A stretch of 64,000 nucleotides of DNA. It comes from the human T2T-CHM13v2.0 reference genome, Homo sapiens. Below are positions 1 to 11,179 of this stretch, piece by piece. The position numbers were made by a program, and so were the translations under genes. The notes beneath the pieces were generated by a model that worked only from the letters and a program-made list of their open reading frames with translations, had not been told where the DNA came from and searched no databases. The stretch is taken from the NCBI RefSeq assembly GCF_009914755.1, contig NC_060928.1; one strand, written 5' to 3'. Each line of letters starts with the position of its first letter. Position 1 is the first letter of the stretch.

Positions 1-317
1 TACCTTGAGATGGAAGCATAATTGACTTTTTCTTCTACTTTCTCTTTTCATCTTCCCTTATCTTGTGTAAAATGTAAATTCACTGAGCACTTATTAGATC
101 CTTACTAGAAAGTAACCATTTGCCTCACTGTCTTCTCTCTCTCCCTTTTCTCTACACTGCTCATTCTTTCCCCTTTAAATACTGAGTTCCACAAACCATA
201 TACGGAAAAGCACAGGTAACAAATGTGACATGTGTTTTTCCCAGGTGCATCCTCAAACTTTAGTTCAATAAACATCTATTGATTGAGACTCCCATCTTAG
301 TCACTTTGTGGCTAACA
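1..317 (+). mobile_element. ERV1 solo LTR 3' part (MER34/MER39-like), cut by window start
   Basis: CCCTTTAAAT TATA-like motif, GGAAAAGCACAGGT...TGTGTTTTTCCCAGGTGCATCCTCAA, AATAAAC polyA signal, and a terminal ...TGGCTAACA, all resembling MER4-group LTR 3' ends. Confidence 0.6.
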
Positions 318-765
318 GGTGTAAAGCAGTATCTTACTGCGGTTTTGATTTGCATTCTTTTAATGATCAATGATGATAAACATCTTTTAATGTGCTCATT
401 GTTTATTTTATATTTCTTTTGGAGTAATGTCTATTTGATTTCTTTGTATTTTTTAGTTGAACTGCTTGCCTTTTTGTTGTTGAGTTGTAAGAGTTATTCA
501 TACGTTCTGAATACTAAACCCTTATCAGATATATATATTGCACATATTTTATCTCATGTTGACTTTCTTGATTGTGTCTTTTGATACCCAGTGGTTTTTT
601 AATTTGATGAAGTTTAATTTATCATTTTTTCTTTTGTTACTTATGCTTTTGTTGCTGAATTGGCAAGTCATTCTCAAATATAAGGGGGTAACGGTTTATT
701 CTAATATATTCTTCTATTAGTTTTATAGTTTTAGCTCATATATTTAAGTAATTAATCCATTTTGA

Positions 766-1115
<350 letters not shown>

Positions 1116-1889
1116 CCAACCACATTTTTTTTTTTAATGTGGTAATCCAGTTGTCTTAACATCATTTGTTGAAAAGATTTCTCTCCTTACTGAATGGCCT
1201 TGGTACCCTTATCAAAAATCAGTTTGTTTAGGTTTATTTCTAGACTGTCAGTTCAGTTTTACTTGTTGATATGTTTATCCTTATGTCATTACCACAGTGT
1301 TTTGATTACTCTAGCTTTACAGTAAGTTTTGAAATTGAGAAATATAGATTTACCAACTTTGGCTTTCTTTTCCAAGATTATTTTGGCTACTTGGAGTCCC
1401 TTCAAATTTCATGTGTATTTTAGTATATTTTTTCCTACTTCTGCTTAAAATGACATTTGGGTTTTGGTAGGAACTGCAGTGAATCTCTCCAATACTGCTT
1501 TTGTAAATGTTTGATTGAATTTTTCCACTGTACCATTTGACTCCTCTTTTATTATCTTTTTTGTTTTTTAAGTTTTTTTTTAGTGGTTACCTTGGAGATT
1601 GCAGTTATCATACCAAATTTATACGTCTATTTTTAATTGATACCAATTTAGCTTAAACAGAATACATTCACTCTGTTTCTATCCAGCTCCATGCCCCCTT
1701 ATGTTGTTATTGTCATAAATTTACATTTTATACAACGTTTGTCCATTAGCATTGACTTATAATTAGTGTTTAACACATTTATCTTTTAAATGAAATAGTA
1801 AAAAAGGATGAATTACAAACCCAAAATATAATATTACCTTTTATATTTGTCATTGTGGTTACCATTACATGAAATCTTATTTGTATTTT

Positions 1890-2198
1890 TTTGTTTTCAT
1901 TTATTTAATTATTTTCTTCTTGGGATGGAGTCTTACTCTGTCGCCCAGGCTGGACTGCAGTGGGGTGATCTTGGCTCACTGCAACCTCTGCCTTCCAGGC
2001 TCAAGCAATTCTCCTTCCTCAGCCTCCTAACTAGAATTACAATCGCATACCAGCATGCCTGACTAATTTTTGTATTTTTGGTAGAGAGAAGGTTTTACCA
2101 TGTTGGCCAGGCTGGTCTCAAACTCCTGACCTCAGGTGATCCACCTGCCTCAGCCTCCCAAAGTGCTGGAATTGCAGCCATAAGCCACTACACCAACC
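1890..2198 (-). mobile_element. AluS (Sx/Sz-like)
   Basis: Full dimeric Alu with CCTGACCTCAGGTGATCC. Confidence 0.92.
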
Positions 2199-2360
2199 TG
2201 TATTGTTTTAAACAACAAATCTTTGTTTCAATGCATATGAGGTGCTTTTTATTTTTTTCTTTGCTTGCATTTAAGATTTTCTGTTTGTTAAGATTTGGTG
2301 TAGATTGCTATATGTTTTTTTTTCTTCCTTTGGGTTTATTGAGCTTCTTGGGTAAGTCAT

Positions 2361-2726
2361 TATTAGAAATTAAATTTTTGTGTATCAGCAAAATTAACAT
2401 TTTGAAATCTAATCCCCATTGTGATGGTGTTTAGAGGTGAGGTGTTTGGGAGGTAATGAAGTCATGGTGGTGAAGCTCTCATGAATAACATGAGTGAGTG
2501 TCTCATAAGAAGAAGTTAAAGAGCTAGCTTGCTGTCTTTCTACTACATGAGGATACATTGCAAAGTCAGCAATCTACAACTGGAAGAGTGCCCTCACTAG
2601 AAACTAACCATGTTGGTATCCTGATCTCAGACTTGTAGCCTCCAGAATTGTAAGAAATAAATTTCTATGATTTATAAGCCACTCAGCCTATGATGCTTTA
2701 CTCTAGCAGGCTAAAATGGCTGACAG
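2361..2726 (+). mobile_element. MLT1A-like MaLR solo LTR
   Basis: GAAATCTAATCCCCATTGTGATGG...CCTGATCTCAGACTT...GCCTCCAGAA...GAAATAAATTTCT...ATAAGCCACTCAG. Confidence 0.8.
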
Positions 2727-3224
2727 TGATTTTAAAGATTCACTGACATCTAAGAATGTTTGGCTATTATTTTCTAAAATATTTTTGTAATTATGCCCAA
2801 TTCATCTGTATAAATTGGTGATTCCAAAAACGTGTGTGTTTTCCCACTTGAAATTGTTTCCAAACTGATGATATATTATTTTAATTTTAGACATTTTCTA
2901 TGTTTCATTTTAGTTAATTTCTTTGGTCATGTCTTCAAGTTCACTCTCTTTTTTTTGCAACAGGTAATTTACCATTAAGTGAATTCACTGTATTTTTTCT
3001 CACACATTAGAGTTTTTACATCTAATTGGTCACTTGTGACCCTTTAAGCATATCCTCCTCAACTTGACTAACGTTTTTAATATTTCCCATACGTTTAATA
3101 TTTCCCATACGTTTTTAAATTTATATGATATAGTAATAATTAATGTTAAAGTTTCCAAACTTTAACTAAATCTATATCTACTAAATCTATAACTGTACAA
3201 TTTCTGAGTTAGTTTATAGAATGG

Positions 3225-3668
3225 TTTTATGAGTTGAATTGTGACACTCCCCCCTGCGGAAAAAAAAAAAAATGTATGTTGAAGTCCTAACTTTCAGAAC
3301 CTCAGAATGTGACCTTATTTGGTAATATGATTATTGTATTAATAGATGTAATTAGTTAGGATGGGGTTATACTGGAGTAGATTAGGCCCCGAGTTCAAAA
3401 TTAATTCTGTCCTTGGGAGAAAATGGCCATGTGAATACAAAGAGAGGACACTATATGAAGCTGAAGGCAGAGATTGGAGTGATGAGTCTACAAGCCAATG
3501 AATGCCAAAAATTACAGATCATCATGAGAAGGTGGAGGAGAGACATGGAACATTACCAATACCCTGATTTTATATTTCTGACATCCAGAACTCAGAGGCA
3601 ATACATTTCTATTATTTTAATTCACCAAGTTTGTAGTACTTTGTTACAGCAGACCTGGAAAATTAATA
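3225..3668 (+). mobile_element. MLT1B/C-like MaLR solo LTR
   Basis: ATGTTGAAGTCCTAAC...CCTCAGAATGTGACCTTATTTGG...GGCAGAGATTGGAGTGATG...GTACTTTGTTACAGCAG. Confidence 0.8.
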
Positions 3669-3730
3669 AAATTGGCTTTACCCCTTATTATGTATTGTAT
3701 TTTGCTGATTCCTCATTTTTTTAAAGATAT

Positions 3731-4884
3731 GAGGTCTGGTCTTATTTACTTCTGTATTATTATTAATATTGAGACAGAGTCTTGCTCTGTCACCCAGGCT
3801 GGAGTTCAGTGACACAATCTTGGCTCACTGCAACCTGTGCCTCCTGGGTTCAAGTGATTCTCCTGCCTCAGGCACCCAAGTAGCTAGGACTACAGGTGTA
3901 CAGCACCACGCCTGGCTAATTTTTATAATTTTAGCAGAGACAGGCTTTTACCATGTTGGCCAAGCTGGTCTCGAACTCCTGGCCTCAAGTGATTTGTCCG
4001 CCTCAGCCTCCCAAAGTGTGGGGTTACAGGTGTGAGCCACCACTCCTGGCCTTTATTTATTATTATTAAAATATCTTATTTTTGTGTTGGACTCAGACTT
4101 ACAAGTAGAAGCTGTTAAAGAGGTCAGCCTGTGTCTTTTCGCAATTGGTAATGGCATTTTTCTTTGGTCTCCTTCATTCTCTTTGGCCTCCTTCATTCTC
4201 TTTGCCAAAAATTTACTATAATCTGTGACTTTTTCCTTATTTTTCTTTGTAAGCTATTTCTCCAGTGCAATCTGGTGTTTGTGTTACAGGACATGTGGCG
4301 TAACATAATGTGGAATCTTGGACGCTTTGGTCTTAGGTATCTTACCTTCTTTGCTCAAGGTCTTTCCCACAACATATTGGCAGACATCCTCTTCTTTGGA
4401 AAGATGAAAAAAGTTTACAGATTCTGCTAGGTCTTTTGGACCCCAGCTGATGAGGTATTGTAGTATTATTCAGTACAGGAATATATTTCTCTTCCTTTTT
4501 TTACAATAACCAAATTGAGAACACTCAGATTAGCACCAACAATTCAACTCCAAACAGATTTTTACTTTCTTTAGCCAATTCTTCGGAATCTATAACAAAA
4601 ATGTTCCTTACTCAATAGCAGATGAAGATGGCCATAGGTCAAGGCACAGTGTTTCATGTGGAAACCTCACTTGTCATTCTCATTACTGATTCAGACCACA
4701 TAACCCTTCCGTTTTTCACCCAGAGTAACAGCAGCAACTTCTATGGCTTTATGTTAATCATAAAAAGTACAACATTTATGTTCACTATCCATGTCAGTGA
4801 GTTTCTGGCAGCCAGTGGCTGGGAAGAAAATATTCAGCTTCATCTTGAAGCAACTGATCACCTCTGAGGTGCTAAGAAAAAAAG
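3731..4884 (-). pseudogene. RPS6: Processed pseudogene of 40S ribosomal protein S6
   Basis: Minus strand from ATG at 4843 reads [29 protein letters not shown] versus RPS6 [30 protein letters not shown]. It is intronless and collinear to a C-terminus resembling RRRLSSLRASTSKSES, with the stop near 4076. The 5'UTR/TOP tract (4844-4884) and 3'UTR end (TAAATAAGACCAGAC, about 3734-3748) are present. It has a premature stop at codon 30 and frameshifts. Confidence 0.95.
3750..4051 (-). mobile_element. AluS (Sz-like) inserted in the RPS6 retrocopy 3'UTR
   Basis: Full Alu; RPS6 3'UTR sequence lies on both sides. Confidence 0.9.
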
Positions 4885-5285
4885 ATCTTTCTTATGGATT
4901 TTATTTTGCTAATTCCTAATTTTTGATTGGAGGTCAGACATTGCAAATTTTCCTCTGTTGGGGGCTGAATATTTTTGTATTCCTATCATATTAGGATTTT
5001 ATTGTGAGACATGGACAGTTACTTGGAAACAGTTTGATGTTTTAGCATCTTGTTTTAATCTTTGGTAGATGGGTTCAGAAATACATTTAGTCTAGGGTTT
5101 CTTTTTTCCTGATTACTAAGAGAAGACCATTACATTAAACTACTCCCTGAATTATGAGTTTTTCTACTTTGTGCTGTTGGAAGGAGGCACTATTCTTCAC
5201 CCTTTGCATACCCCAAGCAATGTTGCCATAATCCTGTTAGATAGTTTTTTTCTCAGCCTTGAATATTTTACTCACACAAGTGTTG

Positions 5286-5651
5286 TGTATTAGTCCATTT
5301 TCACACTGCTGTAAAGAACTGCCTGAGACTGGGTAATTTAAAAAGAAAAGAGGTTTAGTTGACTCACAGTTCTGCATGGCTGGGGAGGCCTCAGGAAACT
5401 TAAAATCATGGTGGTGGGTGAAGGAGAAGCAAGTACCTTCTTCACAAGGCGGCAGGAGAGAGAGAAAGCACAGGGGAAACTGCCACTTTTAAAACCATCA
5501 GATCTCGTGAGAACTCCCTCACTATCACGAGAACAGCATAGGGGAAACCACCTCCATGATCCAATCACCTTCTACCAGGTCCCTCCCTCAATACTTGGGG
5601 ATTACAATTTGAGATGAGATTTTGGTGGGGACACAGAGCCAAACCATATCA
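5286..5651 (-). mobile_element. THE1D/MSTA-like MaLR solo LTR
   Basis: TGTATTAGTCCATTTTCACACTGCT...GGGGAGGCCTCAGGAAACTT...GGGGACACAGAGCCAAACCATATCA; TG...CA termini. Confidence 0.9.
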
Positions 5652-5779
5652 TTTGGTAAGCAGTACTTAACTGAACATTCCCTGGAATTTTCTCTCCTGC
5701 AGTTCTCTCTTATTTGTGAACTTTCACCAGTTTTTGTCTGGCCACATGTCTCCAACAGACTAGCCAATGGTTCTTTGCA

Positions 5780-5990
5780 TTGTTACTGATTTCCAAAAGC
5801 AACAAGCAAAAGAGGACAAGCCCTATTGTACAAGCACTCTTTGAGCCTCTTGGGTCACTTTTGCTACAATCCCATTGGCCTAAGCAAGTCACATGGCTAA
5901 GCCCAGAGTTAATGAATGAGGAGATTAAATTAGTGAATAGATGGAGAGAGAGGTGATTTATTAGAGGCCATTACAATAATAGTCTATCAC
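5780..5990 (-). mobile_element. Old MLT1 (J/K/L-like) LTR fragment
   Basis: CCCATTGGCCTAAGCAAGTCACATGGCTAAGCCCAGAGT motif. Confidence 0.6.
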
Positions 5991-6902
5991 ACAGTAATTA
6001 TAATAGCTGAATAACAAGTTCCAGAGACTATATTTATTTAATCCAATAAAAAGACCACATCTGGAATAGCAGCTGCAATGGAAGATACCATCTGGTATGA
6101 CGTACATTACTTTTCTCTTCTCCCAAGACTCATCTGTCTTTTGCAGATATCAAAAAAGAAATTTTAAATTGAAGGTATAGTGTAATGGGAATCACCACCT
6201 CTGCTTTTTCATAGTTTTCCAGGTGGTAATAGTCTCTATAATACCAAAAGTGATATAGTCTTGCATTTGGATTACTATTTTTATAAAAGAGGGTGCTCCA
6301 AATATATCTAATAAAATAAACATTTAGATTGTTAGAAAATTTATCATTTTACTTATAAAAAATTTTACTCATTGTAGTTTCCAAACATAGATTTTAGGTA
6401 CAAACTTTCATGAAGTGTAGAAAATTTAAGTTCTTCTTTCAATAACATATGTCAGGTATCTCAAACTCTTTAAACCTATGCTCACTTTCAATAATCAATA
6501 ACAATAAAAATCTTCTGAGTCATTTTATTAGCATCTTAAATTTCACAATATGTTAGTATGATGAAAAATTATAAATTCGATATATTTCTTATTCTATTTC
6601 CAGTTTTAAAAGCACTTTTAAGAGGAATACATGCTTTGTTCTCCTCCTGTTAAAACCATTTACTTAAATGTTTGAATGTTGCTGTTGTATCTTTAGAACT
6701 CTTTTCCTCTTGAGGATAATATCTATTTCTCAACCATTCTCAATGTCAGGGGTATCATTCCTGTCCTAATACTTAAATGTACTCTGCAAATATGTTCTTT
6801 TCCCTGTTTTGTGACAAAGGAATCTGAAATAGAGTTTGTACTCAACTTTGCCCTGAAATCAGCCATAAAAACTTAAGGTAAATATAAAATATAAAGTAAA
6901 TA

Positions 6903-7375
6903 TGAGAGGTAAAACTTTACTGCTACACTCTTAGGGTCCCTGACTTGGCCCAAAAATTAAATAGGCATGAGATAGATTAAAAGGACAAAAGCATACCAAT
7001 TTAATATTAAGTTTTATGTGACATAGAAGCCCTCATAAGGAAATGAAGACCAAAGAAGTGGGAAAATCCATATGATTTTATATTAGATTGATCAAAGAGA
7101 GGGAATTACAGAAAAGTAACTAAATTATATGGGGAAGCTAAAGGAAGATAAGAATTATTTTAACATGGTCTTTTTGTATAGAGTTTTCTCAGCTATGACT
7201 CCCCATAGAAGAATGTTTCTTTTCTCCTGGTACAGGGAGGGTGTCTTTCATATGGGAGTTTTTATCTCCTGTAGGCAAGAAAAAATAGTAGATTAAAATA
7301 TTCTGTTTAAATCTTCTGTTTTTCAAGTGCCTTTGGCTCAAAATAATCCTTATACCAAAGTGGTATATTCTGGAC
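6903..7375 (-). mobile_element. ERV1 solo LTR (MER31/MER67-like)
   Basis: AATTAAATAGGCATGAGATAGATTAA...AAAAGCATAC and CTCAAAATAATCCTTATACCAAAGTGGTATATTCTGG motifs. Confidence 0.55.
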
Positions 7376-8969
7376 GGCTTCAGAAGCCTGAATACAATGC
7401 AAAATTCAGGCTATTCTGTAAGTAGTAACAATTAAAGTTTTATGAATGAATGAAATGCAATATCTTTTAGAGAATAAGAAGAATGAGAAAAGAAAGCTGA
7501 AAACTGAAGTCTAAAGAATTGGTGAAGAAGTCTGAGAGACAACTCTGACGGACAGGGTGAAGTAGTAGCATATTGTGTAAACAAAGATGTAGGGAACCTT
7601 TAAACAGACTTGTATAGCCAAGGTAAATGAGGTCATATAGACCCCAACAGACTTCCAATTTGAAGATTTCTTACATCAGAGCATTTTTCAAAACATAGCT
7701 ATGTATCTTTAGATGTACTTGTAAATTTGACGTTTGTTTCCAAGTTGCTGTTAAATTAAGCATCAAAAAGAAAGAAGTATTTTATTACTTCATTTATGGA
7801 AGGTGCATTGAATATATTTAAATGCTCATAATTTTTAAATCATATTATACATATACTTTTGTATTGCAATTCTAGTGAAAAACTATTCACTCAACATTTA
7901 AAAAAGAGACAAAATAGGATCCTTGGTTTTCCCATAGTTAATAAGTTCAGCAAAATTTTATTTATTGGGATCTTTCATAAATAATAATAATAACACACCA
8001 TGTATTTGTGTAGCTCAAAAACTTTTAAATACAAGTTTATAACATTGATATATATTATTTTAGCTACAAAAGCCGCCTTGGAAATTGTTAAGCATAACCA
8101 CTTCTTTTTTTCAGATGAGAAAAACCAGAACATGATACAGTTTCCTGTAACACCTCTGGTAACTAAGCCTTAAACTGGACATGGATGTTGCTCCATGGAC
8201 TACAACCTCTCTTGTTTTCACTGCATCAGTGACACTATTAGGCCAAACATATTTCTGGCTATTTTTATTACTTCGGAAATGTTCATCTGGTGACTCAGCA
8301 AAAACACTAATTATCTCATCTTCTTTCCCCATTTTGGAGAAGGACAAATTGAGAATTGACCATTCAAGAAAGATATAATAATAAAATAGAAATAAAAGTG
8401 CATAAGGATTTTCTTCATTTTCTAGAGCCCTTTCATGACAAAATGTTTTCAATTAAAGATGAGTTAAATCAAAAGAATGGAAGAAATTAAACGAGACGCT
8501 TATTTTTTAACACCTGCTAACAGGTGCTAAAATCTGTTTGAATTCTCTGAATGATGATTTCTGTAGCCAAAATCTCATTATCATAAAACCCAAGATCAAA
8601 AAGACTGTGAAATACTGAGGCTGATTTAGTTTTCAAATGCAAAGCAGCAGCTGGATTAAAGCAAAAGGCTACTGGAAGAACCTGGAGAGACACAACTGAC
8701 ATCTTTAGTCATCGGGTGCACTCTCAGACAATGAACAGACTGATTGGACATACAGAAATGGGAAAATTCATCATGTTCTTATTCTAATAAGTTTCATTTC
8801 AGGAAACTGATGAACGGCAAGCTGCAGCAGGTTATTCTTTTACTCAGCAAAGAAAATACAGAGGTGATTGATACTGGGAGGACATAGGTAGAAACAAAAT
8901 GCTTTTGTTAAGATTATATTTACTCTAAAATAATGCCATATATAAAAGTTTTATCCAAGAAAAGTTCTT

Positions 8970-9132
8970 GTACAATACATATATATCTATATTTACATAT
9001 AAATATATATGTATGTCTACATAAATGTAGATACATAAGTGTGTACCTGTATAGCTACATGAAATACATATTCATATATACCTATATATGTATGTACATG
9101 TATATCTACATAACATACATATGCATATGTAC
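8970..9132. repeat. TA/CA-rich low-complexity tract
   Basis: Degenerate (TA)n/(TACA)n. Confidence 0.8.
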
Positions 9133-9526
9133 AAAAAAAGGTAATTGAAACAAAAAATGCTTTTTCAAAAGTTGAGATTGATATACTCTCAGCTTTGATA
9201 AAAGTCTAATATAAAATATACTATTAAGGAAAAAATTCACTCTACCTCAAAAGAGTTTTTAAATGCATTCTCCATTATGCCACACAATATTCTAATGATC
9301 ACCTTTCAATTTATTGCTAAGAGGATTCTTTGCCTCTTTAAGCAGGAACAATTCTATTGAAGTATAGAATGTCTTAGGAACAAAGTACACATAGCTACTT
9401 AAAAAGAAAGAGAGAAAGAAATTAAAGCTGCTGCTCCCTGTAATTGCAAGCTCAAGTATTATTGTTATTATTATAGTTGTTGTTGTTTTCTGGTTCTGGA
9501 TCTTGTTATTTAAAATAAAAGAATGA

Positions 9527-9637
9527 ATTCTGCACAGCCCAGGAAGTAACAAACAAAGTGAAAAGACATCCCATGGAATGGAAAAAAATATTTGCAAACT
9601 ATCCATCTGACAAGGGATTAATAACCATAATATATAT
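9527..9637 (+). mobile_element. Short L1 ORF2 3' fragment
   Basis: TTCTGCACAGC...AAAATATTTGCAAACTATCCATCTGACAAGGGATTAATA. Confidence 0.8.
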
Positions 9638-10486
9638 GGGTAAGATAAAAGAGATTTTTGGCACTGTAAGAAATGGGGCACACACACATCTGTAAGTATC
9701 AATTATTATTATTAATGTTTATTAAAAATGTGGAGACTATACTAAAAGTGATTAATTTTTAGGCCTTTACTAAATTTTGTAGACATAAAATTGTTTTTTC
9801 TCCATTAGCTGTTGTTTTTATGTGCCTAATATTGCCTAATAATTGCTGTTTTGTTTTCTAAAAATATATACTGCATATATATTATAAACATATGAAATAA
9901 AATATACATATTTAACAATAAAATAGTATGTACTCTGCAGAAAACATAAGAAAATGCCAGAAAGGGCAGATTTTCTAAAATCACTAACTACTCTACTCAG
10001 ATAAAGATTTTCACGGTTAAAACATGTGACATATATCTACAGTTATTTTTTGCATTTTTCCCCATTTAAGCAATAATTCTAAGCTCATATACTGAATAAC
10101 CATTTTTCTTCAATATTTAAAGAGAAATTTTTCTCATAACCTACTTAATTTTAAATAGATGCATTTCTATTATTTAGAGTTTTCATCCTATATTTTTTCC
10201 TATACCAACTACATGCTATGCTATTATGCTTATAGAAAATTTAGAAGCTGATTTCATATTGAGTTGTATAAGTTGTCTTTTCTTCTCCTATTTCAATGTT
10301 CCTTGACTGGTGTTATTAGTTATTCTCACATATAAACTTCTCAATCCTTTTATCAACTTTAAAAATTCTGTCTTTTTCCTTTCTGTCTGATTAAACACAT
10401 TCTCTTGATTTTCTTCATGAAATAGGCATAGATTATTGTAACCATTTCTTTGTCAACCTATGAAACTCAATTAGAGACACCCATAT

Positions 10487-10758
10487 AATTTAACATTTTT
10501 ATAAGCCATGATAAAAAGTAAAATAAAATAGGTAAAAAGAAGTGTAATAATATATTTGATTTAAACAAATATATCCACAATATTATCACTTTAACACCTA
10601 GTTAAGACAAAAATTATTCAGATATTTTACATGTTTTTGTAGCAAGTATTCAAAATTTGGCATGAATTGTATACTAACAGCACTTCCCAATAGGGAATAA
10701 CCACATTTTAAGTGCCCAATGATCACATGTGGGTAATGGTTACAGTATTGGGCAGCAA
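10487..10758. mobile_element. MER33/MER3-like hAT-Charlie MITE
   Basis: Ends CCACATTTTAAGTGCCCAATGATCACATGTGGGTAATGGTTACAGTATTGGGCAGCA. Confidence 0.7.
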
Positions 10759-10807
10759 GGTTTTAGGCACTGATTATAATAAAACAAAATAAAAGAGGGT
10801 GACGTGT

Positions 10808-11164
10808 GTCTTAGTCTGTTTTATGCTGCTATAACAGAATACAACAGACTCAGTAATTTATAATGAACAGAAATGTGTTTGGCTCTTAGTTCTGGAGGCT
10901 AGGAAGTGCAAACCTGGCATCTGGTGAGGATCTTCGCATCACATCATCACATGGTGAAAGGTGGAAGGGTCAAGAGAGGGCAGGAGCTAGAGCAAAAGAT
11001 TGAATATGCAGTCTCAGAGCTTTCATAATCAGCATTAATTCATTTATGAGGGTGGAGCGCTTGTGACCCAAACATCTATCATTAGTCCCCACCACCCAAC
11101 ACTGTTGTATTGCGGATTAAGTTTTTAACACATGCTTTTTGAGGGACACAGCAAAACCATAGCA
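10808..11164 (-). mobile_element. MST (C/D-like) MaLR solo LTR
   Basis: TGTCTTAGTCTGTTTTATGCTGCTATAACAGAATAC...GTTCTGGAGGCTAGGAAG...GGGACACA...AAACCATAGCA. Confidence 0.85.
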
Positions 11165-11179
11165 ATACAGAAATTAAAC

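Noticed and set aside
4164-4867. Plus-strand ORFs 4164-4430 and 4622-4867
   Set aside because: They are chance antisense frames of the RPS6 retrocopy.
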